DNA of 64,000 nt from contig NC_042999.1 of NCBI RefSeq assembly GCF_006345805.1, positions 74,834,001 through 74,898,000 on the forward strand, written 5' to 3'. This DNA is from Octopus sinensis (lineage: Eukaryota). Numbering within the stretch: the first letter of the stretch is position 1; the number at the start of each line of letters is the position of its first letter. The notes beneath the pieces are model-generated. The model worked only from the letters and a program-made list of their open reading frames with translations, ran no database searches and had not been told where the DNA came from. Positions 49,425-63,740 of the stretch are shown one piece after another. Position numbers and translations under genes: made by a program.

Positions 49425-51195
49425 CGAACGCAGAATAGTTGTGGAAACAACTTAGACAATAGGCTAAATAGCCTTAGAAAGCGATGTGGGGAAGGGTGAC
49501 CCGCAAGCCGCTACAGTGTATCGAAACTCCTAACTCTCAAACTCAAACTCCATAAAGCTAAGCGGCTCTATGAGCTAAGCGACCCATAAGTACCGTATTT
49601 TATAATGCTAAATATCTTAAAATGCAAAAATAATTTTATTTGTTAAAACGATCACTTTCTTCATTACTTAAAGCCACACTAGCTAATATTTTTTGACGAA
49701 GTTTTCACCATAAGATTCGTCTCATAGAACTCTTCCATTAGAATACAATTATTGTAGAGTTTCTTTTACAATTGCTGAGATATTTTCATTCAAAGTCAAT
49801 TTGGGGGTTCCTTACCGTAGTTTTCGTCACTTAAAGTCGCACTACCTTTTTGTAGCTAAAACATTTTAACGGTATTTTCATCAAAAAATTCTTCTCAATG
49901 ACCACTTTCTTTTAAACCAAATTATTATATATTTTTCCTTTACAATAACTGAGATATTTTGAGTCAAATTCAACTTTTCGCATTTCTCTCCCATTTTTGA
50001 CGTCACATAGTTTGATCTAACTTATTTTAATGAACCAAATTTCAATTATTTTATCTCAAAAATGTATCTTAGGACTGGATGATAATTGCTACAAAACGGC
50101 ATTCAACTTGGTTCGAATTAGTAATGAAGCCTAGAAGTGCTTGCGAGTAACTAAAAATTAGCTTTAAGAATATATTCACCCAATACTGTAGGCGAATGAT
50201 AAAGAGATGGCATTGAATTTGGTTGTGAATTTGGAAGTGAATTAAGGACAAAGCCTAGATGAGCTTGTTAGTCACTAAAATTTGGTCATGAGAAAACTCA
50301 GTCGGTGTTTTACAAAAAACAAAAAATTCGAACGCAGAATAGTGAAAACAGCTTAGATCGGCTAAATACCCTTAGAAAAAGAAGTGGCTTGCAAGTTGAT
50401 ACAAGTAATCGAACCTAGCACCTCCAGAACTCCGGTGAAGCGCTCTGCACCATTAAGTTAAGTGAATCTTGTAATGAGGTGCCATATTTATTATGCTAAA
50501 TATCATAAGAGGACTAAAATATTTTGATTTGTTAAAACGTTAACCATTTTTCTGTCACTTAAAGCAACATTATTTTTTTCTAGCTAGTTATTTTTTAACA
50601 AGGTTTTCGCGAAGAGCTCTTTCATTTGAACACAATTATTGTAGAATTTTCTTTTACAATAGCTGAGATATTTTCATTCAAAGTCAATTTTGGGTGGTTA
50701 TTTACCATATTTTTCGTTACTTAAAGTCACTCTACATTTTTCGTAGGTAATACATTTTAACGATATTTTCATCAAATGATTCTTCTCAATGAGCACATTC
50801 TTTTAAACTCAACATATATTTTCCTTTTAAAATAACTGATATTGTGATTCAACTTTAACTTTTCATCTTACTCTCCCATTTTTGAGAACTGAATTAGTAT
50901 TCTTTTCTACTCTAGGCACAAGGCCCGAAATTTTGGGGGAGGGAGCCAGTCGATTAGATCGACCCCAGTACGAAGTGATACTTAATTTATCGACTCCGAA
51001 AGGCAAAGTCGACCTCGGCGGAATTTGAACTCAGAACGTAAAGATAGACGAAATGCTTCTAAGAATTTCGCCGGCGTGCTAACGTTTCTACCAGCTCGCT
51101 GCCTTGAGAACTGTATTAGTATTGAAGCCTAGAAGTGCTCGCGAGTAACTAAAAGTTGACATCAATATATTCACCCACTGTCGTGGGATAAATGA
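49425..51195 (+). repeat. Old tandem duplication of about 900-bp units with internal roughly 170-bp sub-repeat
   Basis: GAACGCAGAATAGT, ATGCTAAATATC, GCTGAGATATTTTCATTCAAAGTCAAT and GAAGCCTAGAAGTGCT..CGAGTAACTAAAA each occur twice in the same order. Confidence 0.8.
50902..51103 (-). mobile_element. Family C SINE with roughly 20-bp TSD
   Basis: TTGAGAACTG(A/T)ATTAGTATT flanks both ends. Confidence 0.85.
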
Positions 51196-51218
51196 TAACG
51201 TAAATGCTGGAACACGCA

Positions 51219-51267
<49 letters not shown>

Positions 51268-51694
51268 CAAATTAATTTAGATTCAACACAGACAAAATTC
51301 AGTAGAGTCAGAATATTATCTGAGTATGTGTACTTTTAGGCATTCGTTAAAGTTATAGTCGTTTGATTTAAAATACTTTGAGATGACAAGAGCATCAGTT
51401 GCTTTTGTTTTCTAGAACGTGGCTGTACCGTGAATAGCAAGCAGAACTTTGAGACACACAGTAACATCTCGAGAAGTCATTAGGAGGGAAAAATGAATTA
51501 GGATCTGAAAACGCTCCACATTCATCATTACAATGCATGATCGCATATATTCTCGGTAGTAAGTGAAGCAATTGGCAAATTGGGCAGGTCAGTAGCCTCC
51601 TATCTATCGTACAGCCTGGACTTGGCACTCTCACTTCCACCTATTCGGTCCAACGAATGACAGTTTTGGGAGACAACGATTTGATGGCATAAAT

Positions 51695-52830
51695 CAGTGG
51701 TCCTCAACCGGGGACGAATCTCCCCTTGGGGGCAAAATTCAACAGGCAATCACGGATCCAGTGCATCATGACAAGGGCTCTTCTCAATAATTGCGGTCAA
51801 GCCGTAAAGCGAACTCTTTACCTTAATTCAAATACCATAACTATGCTCTTCAATAAGTGCGTTATCTTCCAGGATTTAGTTCCTCGATTTATAATGACTC
51901 ATTCATCACTGAATTTCTTACCCTTGTTACTATGACACTGGCCGCCGGGCTGCGTGATTCATTGAATACACGGCACTCGTCTGAACTTGACGTTCCCTTT
52001 CTTAACCGTCGGACGCAGACATAATAGTTTAGTGTTCACTAATTTGCATTCGTTCTCATCCACTTTTTAAGGCAGGTTCGGCGAAAAAGAAGTGTCGACA
52101 GTATATCGATGAGTACTTACTGTATGGTTTTATCAAGAACTCTACAGACCCAAAGCAGCCCTTTTGTATCATGTGTCAGCAATCTTTGTCCAGTGAAGCC
52201 ACGGAGCCCTCTCAACTCTTTGAGCACATGAGAAGAAAACAACCCCGAAAAAGTTGCTAATCCTGTCAAATGTCTTGAGGGATTGAAAACTGATTATAAA
52301 AATCGGAATACTGTTAAATCATTATTTAAGAAACAGACAAGAATTAATGACGATGGACTGATTGCTTCCTGCAAAATTGCAGAAATTATTGCAAAACAGA
52401 TAGTACACATATGGTAGCTGAAAAGATTATTGTGCCTGCAGTAGAATCAATATTATCAGAAGTTATGAATCAAGATCCTTCATCTGTTATTAAAGCTCTA
52501 TCTTTAAGTAATGATTTTATCCGTAGAATTGAAGACATACTGATTCAAAGATTGAAAACAAAGAATTTTTCTATTCAAATCGACGAAAGCACAGTTATTG
52601 ACAATAAGGCCCTTTTAATGGGATATGTACGATATTTTGATAGAAACTGTGCATTACAAGAAGATTTATTATTTGTAAATCTGTTGGAGACTGACACAAC
52701 GGGCGCTTGTATATTTTCTGCCGTAAAAAGGTTTTTTTGAAGAAAAAGAAATTCCATACTATGAAAATTTAGTTTCATGCGCTACTGATGGTGCAATGTC
52801 TATAGCTGGGAGACACAAAGGATTTATCTG
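51695..52830 (+). mobile_element. hAT (Buster/Charlie-type) transposon 5' part, inactive
   Basis: CAGTGGTCCTCAACC terminus; FSIQIDEST, LMGYVRY and SCATDGA..G.HKGF motifs with frameshifts. Confidence 0.85.
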
Positions 52831-53039
52831 GAGAATTCCAATCACATTTCGTGATTCGCTACCTCAACAGCTCCTTTATAAAATCCAGTGGCTAAAGACC
52901 TCAGCAGGAAGAACCACGCCCGGTTACGGCCTCTCCTCGTCTACTATTTTTGACGTGGCGCCCTCCCCACTTTCGGCGGTGTCTTTATCTCTGGTGTTGA
53001 CAGGCTTCCTTGAGTGTTGATTTAGGTTATTACTGTATG

Positions 53040-54913
53040 TATTTATGATGAGCTGAAAAGTTTGTTTTAATCACGCGTACAACTTTTCTTGCGTGTGTAG
53101 AAAATTTACGCCAAAAGATCAGAGAAATAAGCTTACAAAGAAATTTTTAAATGCTCGCAAGCTTTACTTCTGGTGCGAAGTTGGAGACCAAGATAAATTG
53201 TTGGCGCCTCATGTTTTTTGCAAAAACTGCCACATAGCACTAACTAAATGGCTGAATGGTAAACGGAAAAGTATGCCCTTTGCAGTACCAATGATATGCC
53301 CGAACCAACAAACCACTATATCGATTGCTATTTCTGCTTAACTAACATCACAGGTTTCTCTAAGAAGAATAAATCTAAGATTGTTTATACAGATTGCTCT
53401 TCAACTTTAAAACCAGTTGCTCATGCTGCTGAAAAATATTCCGATTCTAAAACCTCCTTCATCTTTTGACAAAGATAGTTTAAGTGAAGAAAGTACTGCA
53501 TCTACTTCAATTGAAGGCGTGCCGTGTGATACAGCAGATCACCGTGATTAACCAGGACCTTCAAAAAAGGTTCCTCATTTATTAAGTCAATTTGAGTTAA
53601 ATGATTTAGTTAGAGACTTGGGTTTAACTAAAGAAAAGTCAGAACTACTGGGATCCAAGTTGAAACAATGGTATCTTTAACACGATGATGTAAAATGCTC
53701 TTTTTTTTCGAAAACGGCATACAGAATTGCATGAATTTTTTACGGAGAAAGACGGTATTTGTTTTTGTTGTGATGTTGAAGGACTCCTACGTGAGATGGG
53801 GTACGGCCATAATCCTGAAGAATGTAATCTCTTCATAGATTCCAGGAAAGCAATCCTAAAAGCTGTTTTGCTGCATAATGGCAATCAAAAACCTTCAATA
53901 CCACTAGCACATGCTGTAGGATTAAAGGAAACTTATAAATCAATGGATAAAAATTTGCACTTGATTAAATATTCTGAGCACAAGTGTAATATATGCGGGG
54001 ACTTGAAATTCATTGGTTTGCTTCTTGGGTTGTAAATGTGGTATATAAAGCGTTAGTATTTTTTGTGTCTTTGGAACAGCAGAGATGACAAGCATCACTA
54101 TGATCAAAAAGAGTGGCCAAAGAGAAGTTATTTCACTCCAGGGGAGATACAGCGTTAAATATATCCTTTTAGTTGACCCTCAGAAAATTTACCTTCCTCT
54201 TTTACAGATTAAACTTGATTTGTTTAAGAATTTTGTTAAGGCCATGAATGAAGACGGTGAAGGATTCAAATATCTCAGTAAAAAATTTGTTTCTAGTAAG
54301 AGTGAAGCTAAGATCAAAACTGGTGTTTTTAATGGACCAGAAATTCGCACACTAATTTGTGATGAGCTTTTTCAAGAAAAATGAAGCCCAGTAGAGAAAA
54401 CTGCTTGGAAAAAGTTTGTTTCTCTTATAAAAAAAAATTGGGGAGAAATGAAAAATCATCTAACTACGTTACTCTTTTGAATGATTGTTTTTTTGAAAGC
54501 TTATAAGCAACTTGGAGCAAGAATGTCTCTAAAAATTCATTTTCTCCATTCTCATCTTGACTTTTTTCCATGCAACATAAGCGTAAAAGAAGACGCCAAA
54601 GCTATTTTTGGAAAACATAAAATTAATAATATTCACTTTACATTTTTGTTTTGTGTTTTATTGGTTTTGGAGCTACTTGTCCACCTAGTTGCTATTGTTC
54701 TTATACGAAATAACGGTAATTTACGCTTAACATAACATTCATTTTATTTGTCATGAATGTTCACATTATTGTAATCTTGATAGCAGTATAATAATGATAG
54801 CGCAAAAACGTGACGTGCTAGAGCAAAATTGATTGCGGATTCGGAATCAGTGCTTCCAAATTACCTATGAGCACCATTTCATCCAACAGTAGCAAAAATT
54901 TTGATGCCTTGTG
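53040..54913 (+). mobile_element. Chapaev3-like (CMC superfamily) DNA transposon remnant
   Basis: GDQDK..APHV.C..C, FAVPM...NH..DCYFC, ICGDLK, MSLKIHFLHSHLDFF; right end terminates in GTG. Transposase origin is clear; the family name is from memory. Confidence 0.65.
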
Positions 54914-54924
54914 TTATCAATTAG

Positions 54925-55125
54925 CTTACGTCAAAAATAGCTTTTAGGGGACAACGGCCGGGAAAAGGTTGAGAATCTGTCATAGATGAAGTGGAAGTGG
55001 CTGTGAAGAAGTGAGTACAGCGCTGCACATCTGATTTTTTTTTCAAAGAGGATTCACGAACTGGTTTCAACGCTGACGCTAATGTATCGCTTGGGATGGA
55101 GCCCATGTTCAATGTTAGGTTTGTG
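54925..55125 (+). mobile_element. Mariner transposase C-terminal fragment
   Basis: LRGQR...DEVEVAVKK*...DFF.RGI.ELV.R*R.CI pattern across frameshifts. Confidence 0.5.
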
Positions 55126-55258
55126 TCGAATATGAGTTATCTTGCTAACATGTGCAATTTGAACAAACTATATCAGTTAATAAAAAACATTATGTCCACT
55201 TTTGCATTACTTTTGATATAGCAGTCGTACGTACCTACATACTAACATACATACATGC

Positions 55259-55301
<43 letters not shown>

Positions 55302-56197
55302 TTTTTGGATTTAATTTTTTATTATTTTCTGCATGTTTTTCTCCATATCTATTGTTGCATTAAGATCGGGATAGACATGAAAAGTGAAGACGAGCGGTTT
55401 AGTAATTAAGGTATTCAGCTCACGATCGTATGCAACACGTCTTACTAAGCGAATCAAACTACAGAATTTCAGTCGGGGACGATTATATAATTATTTTCAC
55501 CAGGTAAATAAAAGACTATATTATTGTTGCTCTATATAAAGAAAAAAGCACTCATACTTATTTTCCACAATATATATATTAAGAAAGAATGGAAGAGAGA
55601 GAGAGACGCCAGAGAAGGAATGAATGTGTAGTGAAAAGTCATTGAACCGTGAAATGTAACAGCAATACAGAATGAAATATCCTAAAAAGAAATTTATGAT
55701 GTCTTACCTATCTCTGACTGTGTTACGATAACTTTCTTTATGAACATCTCATTATATTAAATTTCATTCAGCCAATCAGAACACTTCAAATGAGAATAAG
55801 TTGTAATTTTGTATATGGGTACGGGTATGTTTATGTGTATATGTTTGTATGTATGTGTGAATATCTGCGTATTTGTGTGTGTGTGCGTTTGAGGACATCT
55901 GTGTTTGTGTAAATTTATGTGTACGTGAGCATACTTTTCCACGTGACTGGGTATGTATGTTTCTATTGTATTTGGTTACTGGTATGGGTGTATGCCTATG
56001 TGTGTATGACTGCGAGTATTTATGTATGTAGAATGTGTAGATGATATATATGAGTGCACGTGACATGATATCAACAGCAGTTCATATCGAGCTCATTTGT
56101 CTTCTACAAGGGTTTCGGTTCAACAGGAATTTTCTGAAAGAAGAGTGAGTGTACGTGTAGAAAACCGTCTATTTTACAGCTGGTGGAGATAACTGTG

Positions 56198-56264
<67 letters not shown>

Positions 56265-56734
56265 CGTGTGTGTGTGTGCGTGTGCGTGCGTTGTGTGTGT
56301 GTATACCTAGGATCCATATTTTACCAAGTTGTTTATAAGTAATTTATAGTAGTTGTTTTAGAGGTAATTTATGATCCGCGGCGTCAAATCCTAATACTAG
56401 TCTAGTTCTAAGACCAGATTGATCATTGACCATTTTCTTGGATTTTAGACTTAGAACATTGTTTAATTTAGCACAGCTACCTGGCTCTTGTGAGCGAGAG
56501 ATCAATCTGCTGTTTTCCGTTCATTAACTGCATATACTTTTTGTTCCTACCTCTATTATATAAGAAATAAATAAACTGACATTGATATCAAACTGTGAAA
56601 CTCAATAAAGGTTATTTCTTGAAATAGGACTATTTCTGAGGGGCTGAGTTAATTTGAGTGTTTTTACATAATATTTACCTGAACTAGAATTAATTTATGG
56701 CGCATATAAAACAGCGATTAATATTACACAATGA

Positions 56735-56955
56735 TTTAGGCGGCGAGCTGGCAAAATCACTAGCACGCCGGGCAAAATGCTTATCGGAATTTCACTCGTC
56801 TTTACCTTCTGAAATTAAATTCAGCCAAGGTCGACTTTGCTTTTCATCCTTTCGGGATCAGAAAAATTAAGTACCATTTGAGCACTGGGGTCGATGTAAT
56901 CGATTTACACCCTCCCCCCAAAATTGCTGGCCTTGTGCCAAAATTTGAAACCACT
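56735..56955 (+). mobile_element. Family C SINE
   Basis: GGCGGCGAGCTGGCA head and core. Confidence 0.75.
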
Positions 56956-57739
56956 ATTACATAATGTTTAAGTAAGAGTATGAACTGGTTGTGAATACTG
57001 GAAACGATTTTGTTGAGTATAGTTTGTATATGTATTCACACATTTTTATAATTGGCGCTCAGAATATTGGTTAGTTCTTTAGAGGCAGCTACTACCACTC
57101 TCCAGCCAATACGGGTTAAATAACATGTTTAGTCTTCCAAATGTATTGTCTGCACTTGTATATTACTACATGGTGAAAGGGGAAAAATTGGGGAACAGAT
57201 TTTCTCTTAAACATAAAAAAAAAATCGTACGTATAAAGTGTATTTATGAAATTAGTACTCTTCGGAAATGGACAAAAATTGGATGTGCATGACGTATTTG
57301 ATACGCATTTTATCATTAATCAGTACATTATTTGAGTGGTGTATAATAGTACTCATGTAAATGAATATGATTTGTGTCTGCATTTATGATTTTTGTCTGA
57401 CTTTAAAACAAAAATGAAAGCATTCATATATAAATATATAAGTACTAGGGTCGATTCATGGGACTAAAATATTCTCCAAGGGGGTACCCCAGCATAGCCG
57501 CAGTCTAATGAGTGAAACAAGCAAAAAAGTATATATATATATATATATATACAAAGAGGGCTCTTACGCGCGCGCACATACACACACATCTTATAATAAT
57601 GAAGTCAAACTAAATAGTGATATTTTGAAATAATTTAATACATACGTTTCAGGCTAGCGTAATATATATGTATAATCTTACGTTCATGAGTGCAACAACC
57701 TAACCACTAAGCCACCTGCCTCCTCTCACTCTCTCTCAC

Positions 57740-57813
<74 letters not shown>

Positions 57814-57852
57814 CGTGCGTATGTGTGTGTGTTTTGCGTGTGTGTGTGTGTT

Positions 57853-57884
<32 letters not shown>

Positions 57885-57901
57885 CGTGTGTGTGTGTGTT
57901 T

Positions 57902-57933
<32 letters not shown>

Positions 57934-57949
57934 GTCTGCTGGGAATAAA

Positions 57950-58420
57950 GGCGAGGAGTTTTTTCTTTGTGTTCCTGCGATCCTGTTTTGTTCGTAAGAG
58001 TTGGCACCTCTATTGTTGCAGCTATGCCAGACCAGGCATTCCTGTGCTTGTATTTGCCAGTTGTCGGAGTTGATCTGAATGCACTTCAATGTGGCTTTGA
58101 GTGTGTCTTTGAAACGCTTTTTCTGTCTACCTTAAGTGCACTTGCCTTTTGCCAGTTCATTGAAAAACAGTCTTTTGGGTAATCGTGTGTCAGGTATTCG
58201 GACAAAGTGACCTGCTCACCTGACCTGCACTTTCTTCATCAGCTCGAGAGAGGACATCCATGTCAGGGACCTTGTCTCACCAGGTGAGTCTCAACAACTT
58301 TCTCAGCTCATCTGGAAGCAATTTAGCTGTTTGACGTGCCGTTCGTAAACCATCGAAGTCTTGCAGGCATGCAATAGTGTGGAGAGTACAACTGTTTTGT
58401 ACACCTTCAACTTGGTGGCC
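57950..58420 (-). mobile_element. RTE-BovB-like LINE fragment
   Basis: LRKLLRLTW*DKVPD.DVLSRA, and a degenerate match to the C-terminal region at 47900-48200. Confidence 0.7.
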
Positions 58421-59679
58421 ATACACGTATACACACACGCACTTGCGCATGGCTTTCACGTCGCGAAAATATGGGCCATTTAATAGCATGTCTTTATAAA
58501 TGTTCATTACACTTGATCTATATACAATATCCTTTCTCAAAGATATTTTTATATATAGTATTATATAATTATTATATATATAATTATTTAATATATAGAA
58601 TAGAGATGTCTGTGTATTCGCTTTTTATGCGAAAACGGTTCCACCAATTGCTTCCATACTTGTGATGCATCAATATAATTTGACCTCAGACAAATATTAG
58701 GCTCTTCCTATGATTTTTAAAAATTAAAAATAAATAATATTATATATGTGATTCACTTTTTTAAAATGGTTTCTCAGTATCTACTTCCGGTATTGATGTA
58801 GCAACGGCAAAAAGCTTCACTCTCTATTTTGACGTTTTCATTTCAAGTTTTAATTCACTATTTTCACCCAACTACAATAAATTACAGAAAGAAATATTTA
58901 CTAAGTTCACAAATTTAAATATTTTGTACAAGAGCTTTTATTTATACGACTTTTTCATTTCATGTTTATTTCATTTATTGTTCACAATATTCTCTCTGAC
59001 TCCTTATCTCTCTGTCACACACACACAAGTCAGTCACATATGCACACGTGTTTTGTAAGTATGTTTATATTCATTTATTTATGTGTGTGTGTCTATGAGA
59101 GCAAGAGAGAGAAAGAGGGAGAGAGAGAGAGAGAGAGTGAATGGGTCAAGGGGTGTGTTGTCATGTATAGGTACATACAAAAATTCATATGCATACATCT
59201 TTTTGTAAGTATGTGTGTGTGTGTGCGCGCGTGTGTGTGAGAGAGAGAGAAAGAGACAGAGACAAAGAGAGTGATGTCTAAGTGGCATTCACTCTCTCTT
59301 TCTCTCACTCACTTTCTCACACACACTCACGCACAAAGATGTATGCATATTCATTCATGTATGTATACAATACAACACACCCCTTCTCTCTCTCACACAC
59401 ACGTGTCCATTTCATCTGATGTTTGATAATTTGTGTGTGTGTATGTGGGGGGGGGACGTTCCACAATCTCCATTTATTTCAATTACTCTTGTGAAGATAT
59501 TCATGTAACTCATTTTTTCATTTAATCCCCATTTTAATTTTCGTAAAAGTTTTCGAGAACAATGTTCTCATTCTACAAGAGGAGTCGGGGTAGATGTAGA
59601 TGATCAGTATTCTACAGTGAAGCAAAGATGAGTACAGGTAGCTAGAGTCAATGATGAATTCTACGACTCTGTTGAATTC

Positions 59680-60700
59680 TACAACTCATCTCTATCAAGT
59701 ATATTTGCAAATATATGAACAAAGGTTTAGATGCTGCCACATACACTCTTATGCAGAATGGCAGTCAGCTGATAAATAAAAATGACGCAGATGCACAGTT
59801 TGACAGAGGAAGATACACTAGTAACAATGAGTCTTTTTGGCGCATCTTCAATTTTCCCATTCATGAGAGGTACCCAGGCTTATTCATCTGAGTGTCCATC
59901 TAGAGAATGACCACAGGGTTATCTTTACAAAACAAACAACCTTGCAACAAGCACTTTCTTCAAAAGAAACTACCCTTACTGCCTTTTTAAAGTTGTGTCA
60001 AGTAGATGAAGATGCAAGAAAACTCCTTTACCTACAATCGCTTAAGTATTACACCTGGAGGAACAATAAATGGCAGAAGAGGGTCTGATGCTCTTGCAAG
60101 TGTTTACAGTGTCCTCCCAAGCCAAGCAGAATGCTACTACTCAAGCCTCCTTTTGCATGAAGTACGTGATCCCAAATCATTCCAAGATTCGAGGAGGGTA
60201 AATGGTCATGTGTGTGAAACTTATAGGGAAGCATGCTATCAACAAGGTTCTTTTTTTTCAGAAAATGATGAACATTGGAACCTTGCATTGACTGAAGCAT
60301 CAGTATCAGATTCGCTAAGGAAACTCCGTAACCTTTTTGCAATTATATTAAACATATGTCAACTTGACAGTCTCCTACAGCTTTGGATGAAGCATCATGA
60401 GGACATGACTGAGGACTTAAAGTATGCAGTTCAACAGGTAAGCTCAGATACCAATATTCAGTTCTCTGAAACAATTTTTAACCAACCACGTATTGAAATT
60501 GAGGATCAAATTTTGGCCATAGGAGGCAAAAATTTGCAAGAGTTGGTTCTCGATTGCCAAAAACAAACTGTCAAATTAGTGATTTAACTTCAAGTGACAA
60601 AGCAAGAGATACAAATTATGACATCACAGACTTGGCTGCATTTGTGAATGAACATGAACCTAAACTTCTTCCAGAGCAACGCTGTGCATATAAGATTAAA
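59680..60700 (+). mobile_element. Helitron Rep-helicase internal remnant
   Basis: KYICKYMNKGLD, FWRIFNFPIHERYP..HLSVHLEN, ETTLTAF.KLC, LLLHEVR.PKSF, ETYREAC. Confidence 0.85.
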
Positions 60701-60968
60701 AATCTTTTTATAACTATTTTTATTTTTGAATTTATTTTCCAATTGAAGAATAAATTCAGTTCTTATTATTATCAAAGAATGTATATATGTATTGTAATAT
60801 TTTGTGACAACCAGTACCTAACACAACAAAGCTTTTACATGTTACTTTTGACAATCTTTTTCTAAAAAAGTGGAACCGGTCAAGTGAATAAACATCTTTT
60901 AAAATTGCATTTTCAAACCTTCTTTCATATATAATTCCACTCGTGCGGTACCTTACAACTCCACTTTG

Positions 60969-61013
<45 letters not shown>

Positions 61014-61017
<4 letters not shown>

Positions 61018-62287
61018 TTGTCAAGAAAGTTCTTGCGGAATTTAAAATTTTGGTTTTAAATTATGTATTTTCAAATTAATTTTTGTTAAATTACTTTGAC
61101 TTTATATATCATTTTAAAGCCCGTTTTTCGCTTTATCTAATCGAGTTACTCTTTTTCTTTTTGAATAATTAGGCTATTTTTTCCGGAACGTTGAATACAA
61201 CATGGACAAAAAGCAAATTCGCAGTTCAAGCTAGGCCGAAAAGCTGCTGAAACAGCTCGCGATATCAACGCTGCGTTTAGCCCAGAATCCAATGAACGTA
61301 CAGCACAATGGTGGTTCAAAAAATTTCGTAGCGGTGTCGAGAGTCTTGAAGATGATAAGCGTAGTGGTTGGCCATCGGATGTTGACAACAATCAACTAAG
61401 AGCCTTAGACGAAACCAAACCACGCACAACTGTTCGAGAGCTTGCTTCTGAATTAGACGTAACATATACGACAATTTCCAACCACTTTAAAGAGATTGAA
61501 AAAACAAAAATACTTGCGAAATGGGTGCCGCACGAATTGAACGACAACCAAAAGAGGAAAAAAACCCGCTGTTTTGAAGTGTCGTCTTCCCTTCTTTTAC
61601 GCAACAAGAACGATCCGTTTCTCGACCGGATTGTGACTGACGATGAAAAGTGGATTCTTTACGACAACCGGTGACACTCAGCTCAGTGGTTGGACGCCGA
61701 CGAAGCTCCATGGCAATTTCCGAAGCCAAAGTTACACCAAAAGAACGTCATGGTGACTGTTTGGTTGTCTGCGGTCGGTCTCATCCATCACAGCTTTTTG
61801 GATCCAGACGAAACCATTGCGGCGGAGAAGTACTGTTAGCAAATGGATGAAATGCATAAGAAACTCCGTCAACAATAGCCAGCATTGGTCAATAGAAAAT
61901 GACCAATTCTTCTCCACGACAACGCTCGGCCCGCACATCGCACAACTGACTCTGCAGAAGATGAACGAATTGGGCTGCGAAAATCTGCCTCATCCGCCAT
62001 ACTCACCAGACCTCTCGCCTACTGACTACCACTTTTTCAAGCATCTCGACAACTTCCTGCGTGAGAAATGCTTCAAAAATCAAGGCGATGCCAAACACGC
62101 CTTCAACGACTTCACCACCACCAGAACGAAGGATTTTTATGCTACTGGCCTGAATAAACTTGTTTCGTGTTGGCAAAAGTCTGTTGATTCTGATGGTGTT
62201 TATTTCGATTAATAAAGTTTTGTTTGATCCAAGACATGTGCATCTGAATTTAAAGGTTAAAACCGCAAGAACTTTCTTGACAACCAA
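61014..62287 (+). mobile_element. Full-length-size mariner (cecropia/Hsmar1-like), inactive
   Basis: TIRs GGTTGTCAAGAAAGTTCTTGCGG, TA on both sides, 1274 bp; MDKKQIR, WVPHEL, IVTDDEKWILYDN, LHDNARPH, YSPDLSPTDYHFF; stops and frameshifts. Confidence 0.92.
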
Positions 62288-62344
62288 TATATATATATAT
62301 ATGGTTTGTAATTGGATAGAATTTTCTTTTAATATATGTTTATA

Positions 62345-62735
62345 AAACGGCGAGCTGGCAGAAACGTTAGCACGCCGGGCGAAATGCTTAACAGTATTTC
62401 GTATGCTGAGTTTAAATTCCGCCGAGGCCGACTTTGCCTTTCATCCTTTCGGGGTCGATTAAATAAGTACCAGTTATGCACTGGGGTCGATATAATCGAC
62501 TTAATCAGTGTGTCTGTCCTTGTTTGTCCCCTCTGTGTTTAGCCCCTTGTGGGTAGTAAAGAAATAGGTATTTCGTCTGTCTTTACGTTCAGAGTTCAAA
62601 TACCACCGAAATCGACTTTGCCTTTCATCCTTTCGGAGTTGATAAATTAAGTACCAGTCAAAGACTGGGGTCGATCTAATCGACTGGCCCCCTCCCCCAA
62701 AATTTCGGGCCTTGTGTAGATTAGAAAAGAATATA
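62345..62735 (+). mobile_element. Family C SINE (dimeric)
   Basis: Near-identical to 48962-49365. Confidence 0.85.
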
Positions 62736-63579
62736 TATGTATTGCGTTAGATCTATAGAGTTATATCCATGTATTGCGTTATATCCATAGACTTCATACC
62801 AACCTTTTCAGTACCAAGGGTGAGAATGGAATCGATTGGTTTTCTTGTTATTTAACTGTTCATCACGATTCACTTGACTCTTCTTTCAAAGTTGATGGGT
62901 TATTGCAGCAAATGACTGCTTATTAATGGTTACACAATATTGTTCCGTTTTCAAAATTGTCGACGGGCCACTAATAATTGCTGGTCGTACGACTTGAGTT
63001 AAATAACAAAACTCATATACGTATATGTGTGTGTGTATAGATGTGCGTGTGTGTGTATAGATGTGTGTGTGTGCCTGCGTATGTGTGTGTTCCTTATACA
63101 TCCAAGACAACTAAGTAGGTGACCAACACATTCTTCTTATGATTGTTGCCTCACATATCTCAGCTAACCAAAACAATAATCACAAACCCAGGTTGTTCCC
63201 ATAGAGCTGTACGACTGCAGTGCAAGCGAAGAAGACGGTATACCAGCCCTTGAAAAAAGTTATCTATCTCGATATACAGGGCAGTTTATATTGGTTATCA
63301 TAATTTATAAAAGGCTACTATCTCGCATGTCGATTTCCTCCAAATCCAGTCGCTTCTTGTCGTCCCTTGCTAAAAGTATCTCTAACAATTTTCTGGAAAC
63401 ATCAACCCAGCATTCTTCCACGATGTCACCCCATAAGTAAGTTATCCACATTTTGTTCTTATTTTGCATTTTGTTTTACCTTGCACACACTCAAATAAGC
63501 TTCTATCAGATTTTCTTCTCTCCACCGTTTCATCACTTTTACGCATTTGTCGCAAGTGTGAAAACACATCCAGCCAGTC

Positions 63580-63740
63580 ACATGTAATGAACAATGCGTC
63601 TAGTCCGACAATGCCTTTAATTCGCAAATACACCGTCCCAGAACTAGTTCCTATCTTCAACAGATTCTTCAATATTTCACTCTCATCTTGACAAGACTTT
63701 GTGAGGCCTGCAATGGTCATTCGCACAATCACACCGCTTG
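63580..63740 (+). mobile_element. Degraded LINE RT N-terminal fragment
   Basis: NASSPT...PELVPIFNRFFNISLSS resembles the KASGPD...PELAP.L..LF..SL motif. Confidence 0.4.

Noticed and set aside
61202-62212. SETMAR gene
   Set aside because: No SET domain, intact TIRs and TA duplication, multiple stops; a free mariner copy.
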